Shown here in pieces: positions 45,801-55,098 of a stretch of 64,000 nucleotides of DNA (its first letter is position 1; every line of letters starts with the position of its first letter). The notes beneath the pieces were generated by a model. That model had not been told where the DNA came from. It saw nothing but the letters and a program-made list of their open reading frames with translations, and did no database searches. The stretch spans positions 12,064 to 76,063 of the IMG/VR virus record IMGVR_UViG_3300023174_000141. One strand, given 5' to 3'. Source of the stretch: a virus. Made by a program: the position numbers and the translations under genes.

Positions 45801-47299
45801 GCCAGCAGATCTTCCCTGGCAGGCCGGCCGTCGGAGGAGTGACCATTGATGGGCCGCTCTCCGGGTTCGGCGAGCTTGAGACCGTCACGCCCACTCCGAC
45901 CTCGCAGGTTGCGTTCGTCTACGGGCTGAACCCCCTGCTCGTGACGACGGACGTGTACGGCGCTGGGGCTTCTGTCACTACCGCCAATGGCGAGGCCGTG
46001 ATGACCAGCGGCACGGCGGTAGACGGGTACGCCCGTCTGACGTCGAAGAAAGTCGCGAAGTACCGCGCAGGCCAGGCCACGATGGCGAAGTGGACCGCTC
46101 GCTTCACCGCCGGGTCGGCCGGCAACCGCCAGATGGCGGGCCTCTACAACATCGAGGCGGGCTACCAGTTCGGCTACAACGGCACTGCGTTCGGCATCCT
46201 CTACACTGAGGCGGCAACGGTCGAGGTCCAGACGCTCACCGTGACGGTGGCCCCCGCGGCGGGTGGCAACGTGACGGTGACCCTCGACAGCGGTACGCCC
46301 GTCGTCGTGGCCGTCACGGTGAGCGGCAACACGAGCGTGACCGCAAGCCAGATCGCGGCTGCTGACTACTCGCAGACGGCGGGCGGCTGGCGTGCCCAGG
46401 CGGTCGCCAACGTCGTGTACTTCGCCCGCAAGACGGCTGGCACTGCGGGCGCCTCGACGTTTGCCGCGGGCGCCACGGGGATGGCGGCGACGTTCGCCAT
46501 CCTGACGACGGGCACCGCACCCACCGAGCAGTTCATCGCGCAGTCGTCGTGGAACGTCGACCGCTTTGACGGTACGGGGCCCAGCGGACAGACCATTGAC
46601 CCGACGAAGGGCAACGTCTACGGGGTGCAGTTCCAGTACCTCGGCTACGGCGACGCCTTCTTCTACGTCGTCAACGGGCTCACGGGACGTCCTCAGCTCG
46701 TGCACGTCATCCGCAACGCGAACACGCGCACCAGCACGGTGCTTCGCAACCCGAACCTCTACCTGACCTGGGAGAGCCGGAACACAGGTACGGGAACCTC
46801 GGTGGCCATGCGTGGGGCGTCGGGTGGAGCGTTTGTTGAGGGGCCGGTTCGGTTTCTCGGCGCGCAGTTCGCCGTGCCTCCTGTTGCCGTCACAACGGGC
46901 GCCGGGACAGAGACCCCCATTCTCTCCCTCCGCGCCAACAACGTGTACCTCAACCGTCAGTCGACGGCGCAGCTTCAGATCGACCGCATCTCGGTGTCGT
47001 GCGACGGGACGAAGGACGTCCTGTTCAAGGTCTACAAGAACAGCACGTTGACCGCGCCTCGCTGGCAGAACGTCAACGCGACCACCTCGGCTGCGTCCTA
47101 CGACCAGAACGCCACTGCGTTCAGCGTCGGTGCGGGCAAGCTCGTCTACGCGTTCGCCGTGAACAAGAACGGAAACTCGACCGAGACCCTCACCGACATC
47201 GACCTGTTTCTCCAGGCAGGCGACTACCTCACCATCACCGCAACGAGCGCCAGCGCGAACGACGTGGGCGCATCCATCGTCTGGGTCGAAGACATCTAG
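45797..47299 (+). CDS. beta-rich virion structural/appendage protein
   Basis: Conserved-looking KYRAGQ, SSWNVD.FDGTGPSG..ID and FQYLGYG motifs. Confidence 0.7.
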   Translation: MSQQIFPGRPAVGGVTIDGPLSGFGELETVTPTPTSQVAFVYGLNPLLVTTDVYGAGASVTTANGEAVMTSGTAVDGYARLTSKKVAKYRAGQATMAKWTARFTAGSAGNRQMAGLYNIEAGYQFGYNGTAFGILYTEAATVEVQTLTVTVAPAAGGNVTVTLDSGTPVVVAVTVSGNTSVTASQIAAADYSQTAGGWRAQAVANVVYFARKTAGTAGASTFAAGATGMAATFAILTTGTAPTEQFIAQSSWNVDRFDGTGPSGQTIDPTKGNVYGVQFQYLGYGDAFFYVVNGLTGRPQLVHVIRNANTRTSTVLRNPNLYLTWESRNTGTGTSVAMRGASGGAFVEGPVRFLGAQFAVPPVAVTTGAGTETPILSLRANNVYLNRQSTAQLQIDRISVSCDGTKDVLFKVYKNSTLTAPRWQNVNATTSAASYDQNATAFSVGAGKLVYAFAVNKNGNSTETLTDIDLFLQAGDYLTITATSASANDVGASIVWVEDI

Positions 47300-47306
47300 G
47301 AGCATC

Positions 47307-47864
47307 ATGGACCGCCAAGAGAAGATCCTCACCGAGGGCACCGAGGCCCCCGACTTCGTTGTCGATGTGCCGGGCGGAGAGCCTCCGGGGCCGAGTCGCC
47401 TCGACGACGCTCCGAGCGCCCCTGTCGAAGCGGCGCCCGTTCTCGTCGAGCAGGTGGCGGAGACGCGCAAGCAGGCGGAGGAGCTCGCTACGGCGGTGGC
47501 CGCTGTCGAGCCCGCGAAGCGGATGTACCCGTCGCTCTACGACACCAAGGCCTCCACCGTAGCGGCCATCCTGCTCGGCATCGCCATCGTGGCGAGCATT
47601 CAGTACGCCGTGGCCCGGATGTACCAGAGCGCGAAGAGCGAGCAGGAGTACCTCACCCGCTTCGTCACCGGGCTCGTCGGCCTCGTGATGGGCGCCTACA
47701 TCGCGGACCTGCTCATCGCTGGTCCGGACACGTCGCTGCTCTCCCCGGAGGAGCACCTCACCATCCTCGGCTTCGTCAAGGACGTCTGCCTCATGGTGTT
47801 CGCCTACTTTTTCGGGACGAAGAGCGCCACGTCCTCCCCCTCCCCTCAGCCTCCCTCGGAGTAA
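47307..47864 (+). CDS. holin-like protein (3 TM)
   Basis: Three hydrophobic segments ending in AYFFG, immediately before the endolysin. Confidence 0.6.
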   Translation: MDRQEKILTEGTEAPDFVVDVPGGEPPGPSRLDDAPSAPVEAAPVLVEQVAETRKQAEELATAVAAVEPAKRMYPSLYDTKASTVAAILLGIAIVASIQYAVARMYQSAKSEQEYLTRFVTGLVGLVMGAYIADLLIAGPDTSLLSPEEHLTILGFVKDVCLMVFAYFFGTKSATSSPSPQPPSE

Positions 47865-47867
47865 CTC

Positions 47868-48575
47868 ATGAGCGTCACCCCTCAGCAGAAGCACACCATC
47901 GACTGCATCCTGTCCATCTTCGAGACGGGCCGCATCCCCAGCCCCGCCGCCTACGCGATGTGCACCATCCTCAAGGACGGCGCCGGCATCAGCTACGGCA
48001 AGCACCAGTGCACCGACAAGTCGGGCAGCCTCGACCTCGTCGTGAAGAAGTACATCGAGCTGGGCGGCCAGCACGCCGCTGCGCTCCAGGCGTACCTGCC
48101 CTACCTCGCCGCGAACAAGAGCGCGGCCGAGCCCCCGGCCGGTCCTTGGTCGGCGGAAACGCAGGCCCTCGTGGCGCTGCTGAAGACGGCCGGTGCTGAC
48201 CCCACGATGCACCGCGCGCAGGACGAGATCTTCGACGCGCACTACTGGCAGCCCGCGGCCAAGCAGTGCGAGGCGATGGGCCTCCAGCACGCGCTGTCTT
48301 GGGGCGTCATCTACGACACCTGCATCCACAGCGGGGCCGGCGGCGTCGCGATGATCCGCGGTAAGTTCCCGGCGGTGCCCCCTGCTCGTGGCGGCGACGA
48401 GAAGCAGTTCATCAACCAGTACCTCCAGGCTCGCGAGGACTGGCTCAAGTCCAGCGCCAACGAGCTGGTGCGGCGCACCACCTACCGCATGGACGCCTTC
48501 CAGACGCTTGTCGCCAACGGAAACTGGGAGCTCGCCCTGCCGCTCGTCATTCGCGGGGTTACGATTCCGGCGTAG
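47868..48575 (+). CDS. endolysin, GH46 chitosanase-like (lysozyme fold)
   Basis: IFETG, DG.G.SYG, DP.M..AQD..F...YW.PA and YDT.IH.G motifs. Confidence 0.8.
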   Translation: MSVTPQQKHTIDCILSIFETGRIPSPAAYAMCTILKDGAGISYGKHQCTDKSGSLDLVVKKYIELGGQHAAALQAYLPYLAANKSAAEPPAGPWSAETQALVALLKTAGADPTMHRAQDEIFDAHYWQPAAKQCEAMGLQHALSWGVIYDTCIHSGAGGVAMIRGKFPAVPPARGGDEKQFINQYLQAREDWLKSSANELVRRTTYRMDAFQTLVANGNWELALPLVIRGVTIPA

Positions 48576-48591
48576 CGTCGGAGGTGCTTTA

Positions 48592-48783
48592 GTGGGCCAC
48601 CGCAAGGTTCAGCCGCGCTATCTACGGTGCGCCGAGATCGAGCATCTTCGGCGCACCGGATGGACGGTTTCTCGTATCGCCTACGTTGTCGGCGTAACGT
48701 CTCGCGCGGTTTACCGCTGGAGCGTCGGCGACACGAGACCCAGAAGCGGGCACATGAAGATTCTCCGGGCCCTGGTGGAGTAG
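48592..48783 (+). CDS. small HTH (Cro-like) protein
   Basis: GWTVSRIAYVVGVTSRAVYRW..G..RP. RBS GGAGG. Confidence 0.75.
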   Translation: MGHRKVQPRYLRCAEIEHLRRTGWTVSRIAYVVGVTSRAVYRWSVGDTRPRSGHMKILRALVE

Positions 48784-49182
48784 CTACTTCTTCGGCGCAG
48801 CCGGCTTCTTCGCGGCGGGCTTCTTCGCGGCAGGCGGCTTCTTCCCCGAGAGCAGCGCGTCACTCGCGGCGTACCGCCTGCGGCGCGCCTCCTTCTGCTC
48901 GTCGGTCAACTCCTGCACCACCTCGATGGCGGGGGCTACTTCCACCGTCGCCGCCGCGGCGGGCTCGGTTTCGCGCGTCTTCCCCACGGCGTACGAGATC
49001 ACAAGGCTCTCAGGAACGCTCCAGATCTTCGTGTCCAAGGGCAGTCCGTCGCGCCCTTCGGTGTCGAGCTCCTTGCAGCCGGTGAGGACTACGTTCTTGG
49101 GAAGGAGGCTATCTCGGGCGAGGCCTTCGCACTCGACGCGAAGGAGGGAACCATTGATGCTCAGTACGACAGTGGCGGTCAT
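48784..49182 (-). CDS. hypothetical protein with KKPAA-repeat tail
   Basis: RBS AGGAG, histone-like C-terminal repeats. Confidence 0.75.
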   Translation of the reverse strand: MTATVVLSINGSLLRVECEGLARDSLLPKNVVLTGCKELDTEGRDGLPLDTKIWSVPESLVISYAVGKTRETEPAAAATVEVAPAIEVVQELTDEQKEARRRRYAASDALLSGKKPPAAKKPAAKKPAAPKK

Positions 49183-49212
49183 GCGGGTCTCCTTGAGGTG
49201 ATCCCGGCGCGT

Positions 49213-49242
49213 AAGAAAGCCGCCCCAGTTTCCCGGGGCGGC
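49213..49242 (-). terminator. intrinsic terminator
   Basis: GCCGCCCC/GGGGCGGC stem followed by TTTCTT, downstream of the 49295-50809 gene. Confidence 0.7.
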
Positions 49243-49294
49243 GTCTTAGTGTGCACCGGACGAGTTGGTTAACCCACCCGGCGCAGCGCGACTA

Positions 49295-50809
49295 TCAGGA
49301 CGCCTGGCCGTAGTACACGGCCCAGTCGTCACCCTGCTGACCCACCGCGGAGTCGAAGGTGATCGTGCTGCCGGAGAGGCTGTAGTCCAGCGTCTTCATG
49401 CGCATCACGCCGTTGATGAACACCATGAGGGCGGAGTTCGTGGTCTGGGGAGCCGCCGTCAGCGTGATGCTGAACGGAGCCGTGCCCGACAGCGCCCCGC
49501 TCTCGTACCCGTCGAAACGGCCGATGCGGCTGGTGACGTCGGCGTTGAGCTTCGCGTAGGTGACCTGCGCGTCGCCGATCTTCGCGGTCACAACCGCCCC
49601 GTCCGCGAGCTTCGCCGTCTCCACCGCGCCGGCGGCGAGCTGAGCCGCCGTGACACCGAGGGGCGCCACGCGGAGCTTGCCGCTGCTGTCAGCGTCAACC
49701 GTGCTGTTGTCCACCTTGATGGCGAGACCAGCGCTGCCGACGTCGATGGCGGGACGGATGTCGCCCGACGCCGCGGCGTTGAGGAGCACCTTCACGCCGC
49801 TGCTGTCCGCGGCGAGACCGGAGTTCGTCGCGGTGAGCTTCACGGCCACGGCGTCGGAGACGATCTGGATGCCGTCGCCCACGTTCACGTCGAGGGTGTT
49901 CCCGGTCTTCGCGAGACCGGCGCCCGCGACGATGCTGCCCGCGCCGGAGAACTGGCTGAACGCGAGGGCGTCCGTGCCGACCACGGCAGAGCCCTTGTTG
50001 TTCGTGCAGACCCAACCGGAGTCAGCGTTCACGGTGCCCTGCTCGACGAACGCGAACGCGCCCGCGGCGTCGGCGCCGACCGGCATGTCGGCGGAACGCG
50101 CCCACGCGCCCGCCGCCACGACGTAGATGCCGTTCTGGGTAGCCGTGGTCTGACCAGCCACGAGGACGCGGTCGCCAGCGACGAGCGCCACGCCGTCGAT
50201 GGTCTGGGGAGCCGAGAGCGTGATGTTGGTGCGGGCGATGGCCTGCACGCTCTGCTTCACGTCGAGACCCTGGGCCACGCCGTCAACGTACTGCTTCGTC
50301 GCCGCATCGCCGTTGCCGACGGGGCTGGCGAGGTTGGTGAGCTTGAACCCACCGGCGCTCACGTCGGCGCCGAAGGTGCCGCGGAGGTCGGAGAAGGTCC
50401 AGGCGGCGGCGAGGTCGGCCTTCGACGGGGTCACCGAGCCCGTGGAGAGCTTGGCGTTCGTGACCTGGCCGTCCTTGATCTTCGCGGTCTCGACCGCGTC
50501 GGCGGCGAGCTTCACCGCGGTGACGGCCGAGTCGGCGAGCTCGGAGGTCCCGACCGCGCCCGACGCGATCTTGCTGGCGTCGACGCTGTCCGCGGCGAGC
50601 TTGGCGAGGGTGATGGCCCCGTCGGCGATCTTCGCCGTGAGGACCGCACCGTCGGCGATCTTCGCGGTCTCGACGCTGGCGGCGGCGAGCTTGGCGGCGG
50701 TGACGTTGGCGTCAGCCAGCTTCGCGGTCGTGACGGCGCTGTCCATGAGGTTGCTGGTCGCGATGGTCGCGGAGGCGATATCGGAACCCTTGACGAACGT
50801 ACGTGCCAT
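49295..50809 (-). CDS. fibre protein with VTxAK(L/I)AxxA decapeptide repeats
   Basis: More than 10 decapeptide repeats, DAATKQYVD, QNGIYV...WARSAD and FVEQGT modules. Confidence 0.8.
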   Translation of the reverse strand: MARTFVKGSDIASATIATSNLMDSAVTTAKLADANVTAAKLAAASVETAKIADGAVLTAKIADGAITLAKLAADSVDASKIASGAVGTSELADSAVTAVKLAADAVETAKIKDGQVTNAKLSTGSVTPSKADLAAAWTFSDLRGTFGADVSAGGFKLTNLASPVGNGDAATKQYVDGVAQGLDVKQSVQAIARTNITLSAPQTIDGVALVAGDRVLVAGQTTATQNGIYVVAAGAWARSADMPVGADAAGAFAFVEQGTVNADSGWVCTNNKGSAVVGTDALAFSQFSGAGSIVAGAGLAKTGNTLDVNVGDGIQIVSDAVAVKLTATNSGLAADSSGVKVLLNAAASGDIRPAIDVGSAGLAIKVDNSTVDADSSGKLRVAPLGVTAAQLAAGAVETAKLADGAVVTAKIGDAQVTYAKLNADVTSRIGRFDGYESGALSGTAPFSITLTAAPQTTNSALMVFINGVMRMKTLDYSLSGSTITFDSAVGQQGDDWAVYYGQAS

Positions 50810-50890
50810 GTTGAAGGCCCTCCTTTGGCCTGAGTTGCACGTACGTTCTACCGCGTGGGGGGCTCACGCAGAAGATGACAAAGCGCCGAG

Positions 50891-51391
50891 CTAGAAGAAA
50901 ATCTGAACGACCGTATCGGCCTCCAGCGGGTAGGCGAACGTCACCCCCTGCGCCGAGGTGACGTAGTCGTTTCCGACACCCTCGCTCAAGATCAAGCCGT
51001 TGCGCGTCACCATGTTTCGCCCAGGCTCCGCGCTCAGCCCGACAGCCGGGAAGAACGTCTGGCTCGCCGAAGCGACGAAGGCCAGCCGGTTCGACCATCC
51101 GCTAGGCGGGGTGAACGTGATGGTCGTGGCGTCCGAGGACACCGACACGTTTCCGGTGGCGAAGTTGATCGCGTACGCGTGGCCGACAGTCGTGCCGCCC
51201 GTCTGCACCGCCACACCGGAAGCCACCACCCACACCGCCGCTCCGAGGGCGTTGTTGGCGCACACGTAGAGCGTGGGAGGGGTGGTGGTCGGGTCGACGG
51301 CGGTAGACCCGATGACGAACCCGACGCTCGCGTCGTCTAGCGGAGTAGGCGCCCGGCCGAGCGAGCTTGCTGGAAGTACGGCATACGCCAT
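50891..51391 (-). CDS. fibre-associated modular protein
   Basis: Shares an AP...DD...GF.(I/V)G...YVCA....GAA.W module with the 43500 gene. Confidence 0.7.
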   Translation of the reverse strand: MAYAVLPASSLGRAPTPLDDASVGFVIGSTAVDPTTTPPTLYVCANNALGAAVWVVASGVAVQTGGTTVGHAYAINFATGNVSVSSDATTITFTPPSGWSNRLAFVASASQTFFPAVGLSAEPGRNMVTRNGLILSEGVGNDYVTSAQGVTFAYPLEADTVVQIFF

Positions 51392-51453
51392 GGCGTGTCC
51401 TCACCGAAGTGATTAACCCTATAACACGCGGCTCTATGCTGCGGCTCTAGGCG

Positions 51454-51732
51454 TTACACGAAGACAGGCGTTCCTGGCCCGAGGTAGGCACAGAACGTGT
51501 TGAACTCGTGCCACTCGAGCGCCGTGTCGTAGTCCATGTCCTCGTGCTCGACAGCCTGCTCAACGACGAGGCTCGCGGTCGTACACGAGGAACATCTGAC
51601 CGTGCCGACTGCCCGTACCGATGGCGAAGGCGATGACGGCAGGGTCGTAGACGTCGGCAGGCTCCATCCGCAGCACGGGACCGCCATGCTGGTCGGAGAG
51701 CACGTCGATCTGGGGTTGCGGCGCGCTTCCAT
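51454..51732 (-). pseudogene. conserved small phage protein with two compensating frameshifts
   Basis: The family-like middle segment (...DPAVIAF...LVYDRE) is in a different frame from the start codon and the C-terminus (DYDTALEWHEFN...LGPGTPVF). Confidence 0.6.
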
Positions 51733-52043
51733 CACGCCTCCTTGGTGCGCACAGCGAGGCGCGCACCCTCGGCCAGGTCGACGAGGTGGGCCACCCACTC
51801 GGCCTGCGACGTGGGCTCGTCTGCGAAGACGGCGGGCGTGCTCGCGAAAGCTACGCCGAAGCCTCTGACGTGACGCAGCGTCGGCATGCGGATGCCGTGG
51901 ACGACGCGGGAGACCTCGGGCTGCGTGAGGCCACCACGGCGGGCGAGCTCAGCGAAGGACCAGTGCCGGGCCTTGCGGTGCCGCTCGATGAGCTGGATGA
52001 AGGGGTCGTTGTCGGGGTCGATGACCTGTGCGGTCTCGTTCAT
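51732..52043 (-). CDS. XRE-family HTH transcriptional regulator
   Basis: RKARHWSFAELARRGGLTQPEVSRVVHG.R.P, divergent from the replication operon. Confidence 0.85.
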   Translation of the reverse strand: MNETAQVIDPDNDPFIQLIERHRKARHWSFAELARRGGLTQPEVSRVVHGIRMPTLRHVRGFGVAFASTPAVFADEPTSQAEWVAHLVDLAEGARLAVRTKEA

Positions 52044-52100
52044 GGTAGCCTCCCTGGCTCTGCTGAGCCTACCCCACCCGAACCGGAGCGTCAACTTTCC

Positions 52101-52129
52101 TTGACAGGGTGGTTGAGGGTCGATACCTC
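52101..52129 (+). promoter_or_regulatory. probable replication-operon promoter
   Basis: Perfect TTGACA at 52101, but the -10 element is imperfect. Confidence 0.45.
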
Positions 52130-52150
52130 TGGAGCACCACCGAGAGGACC

Positions 52151-54904
52151 ATGAGCATCGCCAGCATGTGGGACCAACCCCACTACACCTACAGAGTCGC
52201 CCCCGACTTCGCCCAACACGCCGTCGCCGTAGAGACGCACTGTCCCGGCACACTCGCATGGGCGGTGCGCGGTAGGAAGCGGTATCGGCTCACCCGTAAC
52301 GAGTGGCCCGAGGATGGGCTACCCGCCTGCGTAGAGATTTACGCACCCGTGCACGCGGCCTTCGTCGTCGAGCACTTCCTCAACGGATGGGGCGTCGCGT
52401 TCGACGCGGACGAGCGCATGGGCGCGGCGGCAGTTCTGCCGTGGCCCACGACCCCGGAAGCGCTGGACCGCTGCGCTCGCCAAGGGGCGGACCTCATCGC
52501 GCAAGAAGTGAAGCTGGGCGAGCTCAAGCCGCACGTCGCCGAGATGGCGACGCCCTACCAGAAGCGCAGCGCGGCCTGGGCGGCGAGCCGTCCGTGGGTC
52601 ATGAACGTGTGGCCGTGCGGCTGCCTCGCTGGCGACACCCGTATCGCGGTGAACCGCGCCGGGAAGGGCTATGTGACCACGGTCGCCAAGCTGGTGAAGA
52701 TGACCCGTGAGGGCCGACGCCACGACCGCGACATCAAGACGCGGGCGCAGTCGGTGGACGCGGATGGCTACCGCCGACTGAACGAAGTCACTGACGCTTA
52801 CGAGACCGGCGTCAAGCCTCTTCTCAGGCTGGTGGCGGAGTCGGGGCACTCGATCCGCGCGACCGCGGATCACCGGTTCCTGCGCCCCGACGGCGAGTAC
52901 ACAAGGCTCGGAGACCTCTCGGTAGGCGACGAGGTCGCGATTATCGAGACCGGGCGGAAGCAGGGCCGCACGGCGGAGAAGGCCGGCAACCCGTACTACC
53001 CGCGCGTCGGTCGCATGGACCTGCACCCCTACGCGGTGAAGTGGGTGTCGCCGCGGAAGAACCGTCCGTCGAGCGCGCGGCACGCGCAGGTACCGGCGCA
53101 CCGCCTCGTGATGGAGGCGCACCTCTCGGGTGTGTCGCTGGAAGACTTCATCGGCTGTGTCAGGTCGGGCCAGCACGACGGCCTCGTGTTCCTCGACCCC
53201 GAGACGCATCACGTCCACCACATCAATGAGGACAAGCGGGACTACCGGCTCGAGAACCTCGAGGTGCTGGAGGCACGAGAGCACGCTCATCGGCACGGGG
53301 TCGATGGCGGCTGGCGTGGGGTCCTGCCCAAAGCGGAGTTCACCCCCATCGTCAGCATCGAGCCGGATGGCGAGGAGATGACCTACGACCTCACCATGAC
53401 CGAGGAGATGCCGAACTACGTCGCTGACGGCTTCGTCACCCACAACAGCGGCAAGACCGTGGGCGCGCTCATCGACGCGCTGACGCGCGAGGGCACCATC
53501 CTCGTCATCTGCCCGGCCAAGGCCCGCCACGTCTGGTGGACGCAGGTCCAGCAGTACACGAACATCCTCCCGTGGCGCCTGCTGCCGGAGAGCGAGCGGC
53601 GGAAGAAGGACATGACCTGGCAGCAGTACGAGGCGCACTGCGCCGAGACGGGCCAGCGCAAGTTCATCGTCGTCGGGGCCGAGAGCCTCAACGACAACGC
53701 CGAGTTCGTGATGAACCTCAGCCCCGAGGTGCTCATCCTCGACGAGCTGCACATCCACGGGCAGAGCAAGCGCTGGAAGGCCGTGCAGGAGAAGGACGGC
53801 AAGGTCGGCTTCACCCGCCGCCAGACCGCCTCGGGCGACAAGGACGCGTGGTCGGTCGCCATCATGGACATCAGCCGCCTGCCGAGCCTGAGCCTGCGCG
53901 TGGGCCTCACCGCCACGCCGCTCGACGATGGGCGCCCCAAGCGCCTCTGGGCGCAACTCGACCTGCTCACTCCTGGCGGCTTCGCGCATAGCTACCGCCG
54001 CTTCGCGGAGCGCTACTGCGACGCGGTGCCGAACCCCTACGGCGGCATCGACGACAAGGGCAGCAGCAACATCGAGGAGCTCCGCGCCCGCTGCTCGTTC
54101 TTCACGCACGAGGTTCCCTACAGCGAGAGCCACTCGAGCCTGCCCCCGACGCGCATCCAGGTCGTCTACCTGCCGGTCTCCGCGCAGGACAAGCCGGAGC
54201 GCTACGATGACGCGCAGACTTTCGATCAAGCCATCAAGCAGCTTGCGCGTCAGGCCCGGGGAGAGTATGAAGATGTGCCGGCGCGGGAACGTCTCATCGA
54301 GGCGCGTCTCGCGGAGGCGAGCAGTCGAAAGCGTAGCTACGTCGTCGCCGAGGTCCTCGAAGGGCTGAAGGGCGGGGGCAAGGTCATCGTGTTCACTGCG
54401 CGCCGCCGGGAAGCCGAGCGCTGGGGTGAAGCGATCCGAAAGGCCGCGAGCTCCAGCGACGAGGTGAAGAACGCGACGGTCTGGGTTGGGCACGGCGGCG
54501 TAAGCGAGCCGGAGCGCAACGACATGATCGACGGGTTCCGAAGCAGCGCCGGTCCCTGCTGTTTGGTGGGGACCGGCCAAGCCTTCGGGATCGCCGTGGA
54601 CGGGATGCAGACCGCCGACCTCGCCATCTTCGCCATGCTTCCCTGGAAGCCCGGTGACTTCCTTCAGTGGCGTGGCCGGTTCGACCGGCATGGCGGACGG
54701 GCCACGCTGCTGAAGGTCGTCGTCGCTGCGGCGACCTACGACGAGCGCGTCGTCGAGATCCTCACCGACAAGTTCGGGCCCATCGAGCAGTTCCTCGAGG
54801 CCGACGAGCTCGACGGCATGGGCGAGAAGCTGCTCGGCATGGAGGACCGCGAGGCCCTCGTGGACGACGTCGTCGGCAAGCTGTTCGTCATGGACGAGGA
54901 GTAG
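52151..54904 (+). CDS. SNF2-like SF2 helicase/translocase, intein-containing
   Basis: Walker A PCG|SGKT split by the intein. LILDELH, GLTATP and Q..GR..R.G motifs. Confidence 0.9.
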   Translation: MSIASMWDQPHYTYRVAPDFAQHAVAVETHCPGTLAWAVRGRKRYRLTRNEWPEDGLPACVEIYAPVHAAFVVEHFLNGWGVAFDADERMGAAAVLPWPTTPEALDRCARQGADLIAQEVKLGELKPHVAEMATPYQKRSAAWAASRPWVMNVWPCGCLAGDTRIAVNRAGKGYVTTVAKLVKMTREGRRHDRDIKTRAQSVDADGYRRLNEVTDAYETGVKPLLRLVAESGHSIRATADHRFLRPDGEYTRLGDLSVGDEVAIIETGRKQGRTAEKAGNPYYPRVGRMDLHPYAVKWVSPRKNRPSSARHAQVPAHRLVMEAHLSGVSLEDFIGCVRSGQHDGLVFLDPETHHVHHINEDKRDYRLENLEVLEAREHAHRHGVDGGWRGVLPKAEFTPIVSIEPDGEEMTYDLTMTEEMPNYVADGFVTHNSGKTVGALIDALTREGTILVICPAKARHVWWTQVQQYTNILPWRLLPESERRKKDMTWQQYEAHCAETGQRKFIVVGAESLNDNAEFVMNLSPEVLILDELHIHGQSKRWKAVQEKDGKVGFTRRQTASGDKDAWSVAIMDISRLPSLSLRVGLTATPLDDGRPKRLWAQLDLLTPGGFAHSYRRFAERYCDAVPNPYGGIDDKGSSNIEELRARCSFFTHEVPYSESHSSLPPTRIQVVYLPVSAQDKPERYDDAQTFDQAIKQLARQARGEYEDVPARERLIEARLAEASSRKRSYVVAEVLEGLKGGGKVIVFTARRREAERWGEAIRKAASSSDEVKNATVWVGHGGVSEPERNDMIDGFRSSAGPCCLVGTGQAFGIAVDGMQTADLAIFAMLPWKPGDFLQWRGRFDRHGGRATLLKVVVAAATYDERVVEILTDKFGPIEQFLEADELDGMGEKLLGMEDREALVDDVVGKLFVMDEE
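52622..53446 (+). mobile_element. intein (275 aa) with HNH homing endonuclease
   Basis: Begins CLAGDT, contains block B TADH, ends YVADGFVTHN with Ser+1. Internal AHRLVM...VHHINEDKRD.RLENL. Confidence 0.9.
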
Positions 54905-54906
54905 CC

Positions 54907-55098
54907 ATGCAGACATTGTGTGCTGACCCTCGCTGCACGGCGGCCGGCAAGTGCTGGCGCGCGGAGCACGAGCGATACGGCAACGCGCCCGGCCTGAACT
55001 ACGGGCCGCGCTGCACTCCCGCTGTCGCCGACGCCTACCGTGCCGTCATCCGCAACTTGCATGTGGGCCTGGGCCTCACCAAGAAGGAGAAGCCATGA
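54907..55098 (+). CDS. small Cys-containing protein
   Basis: RBS GAGGAG, ATGA overlap with the nuclease gene. Confidence 0.6.
   Translation: MQTLCADPRCTAAGKCWRAEHERYGNAPGLNYGPRCTPAVADAYRAVIRNLHVGLGLTKKEKP

Noticed and set aside
50440-50780. 30-bp periodic repeats
   Set aside because: Explained by decapeptide repeats in the fibre protein. There are no unique spacers.
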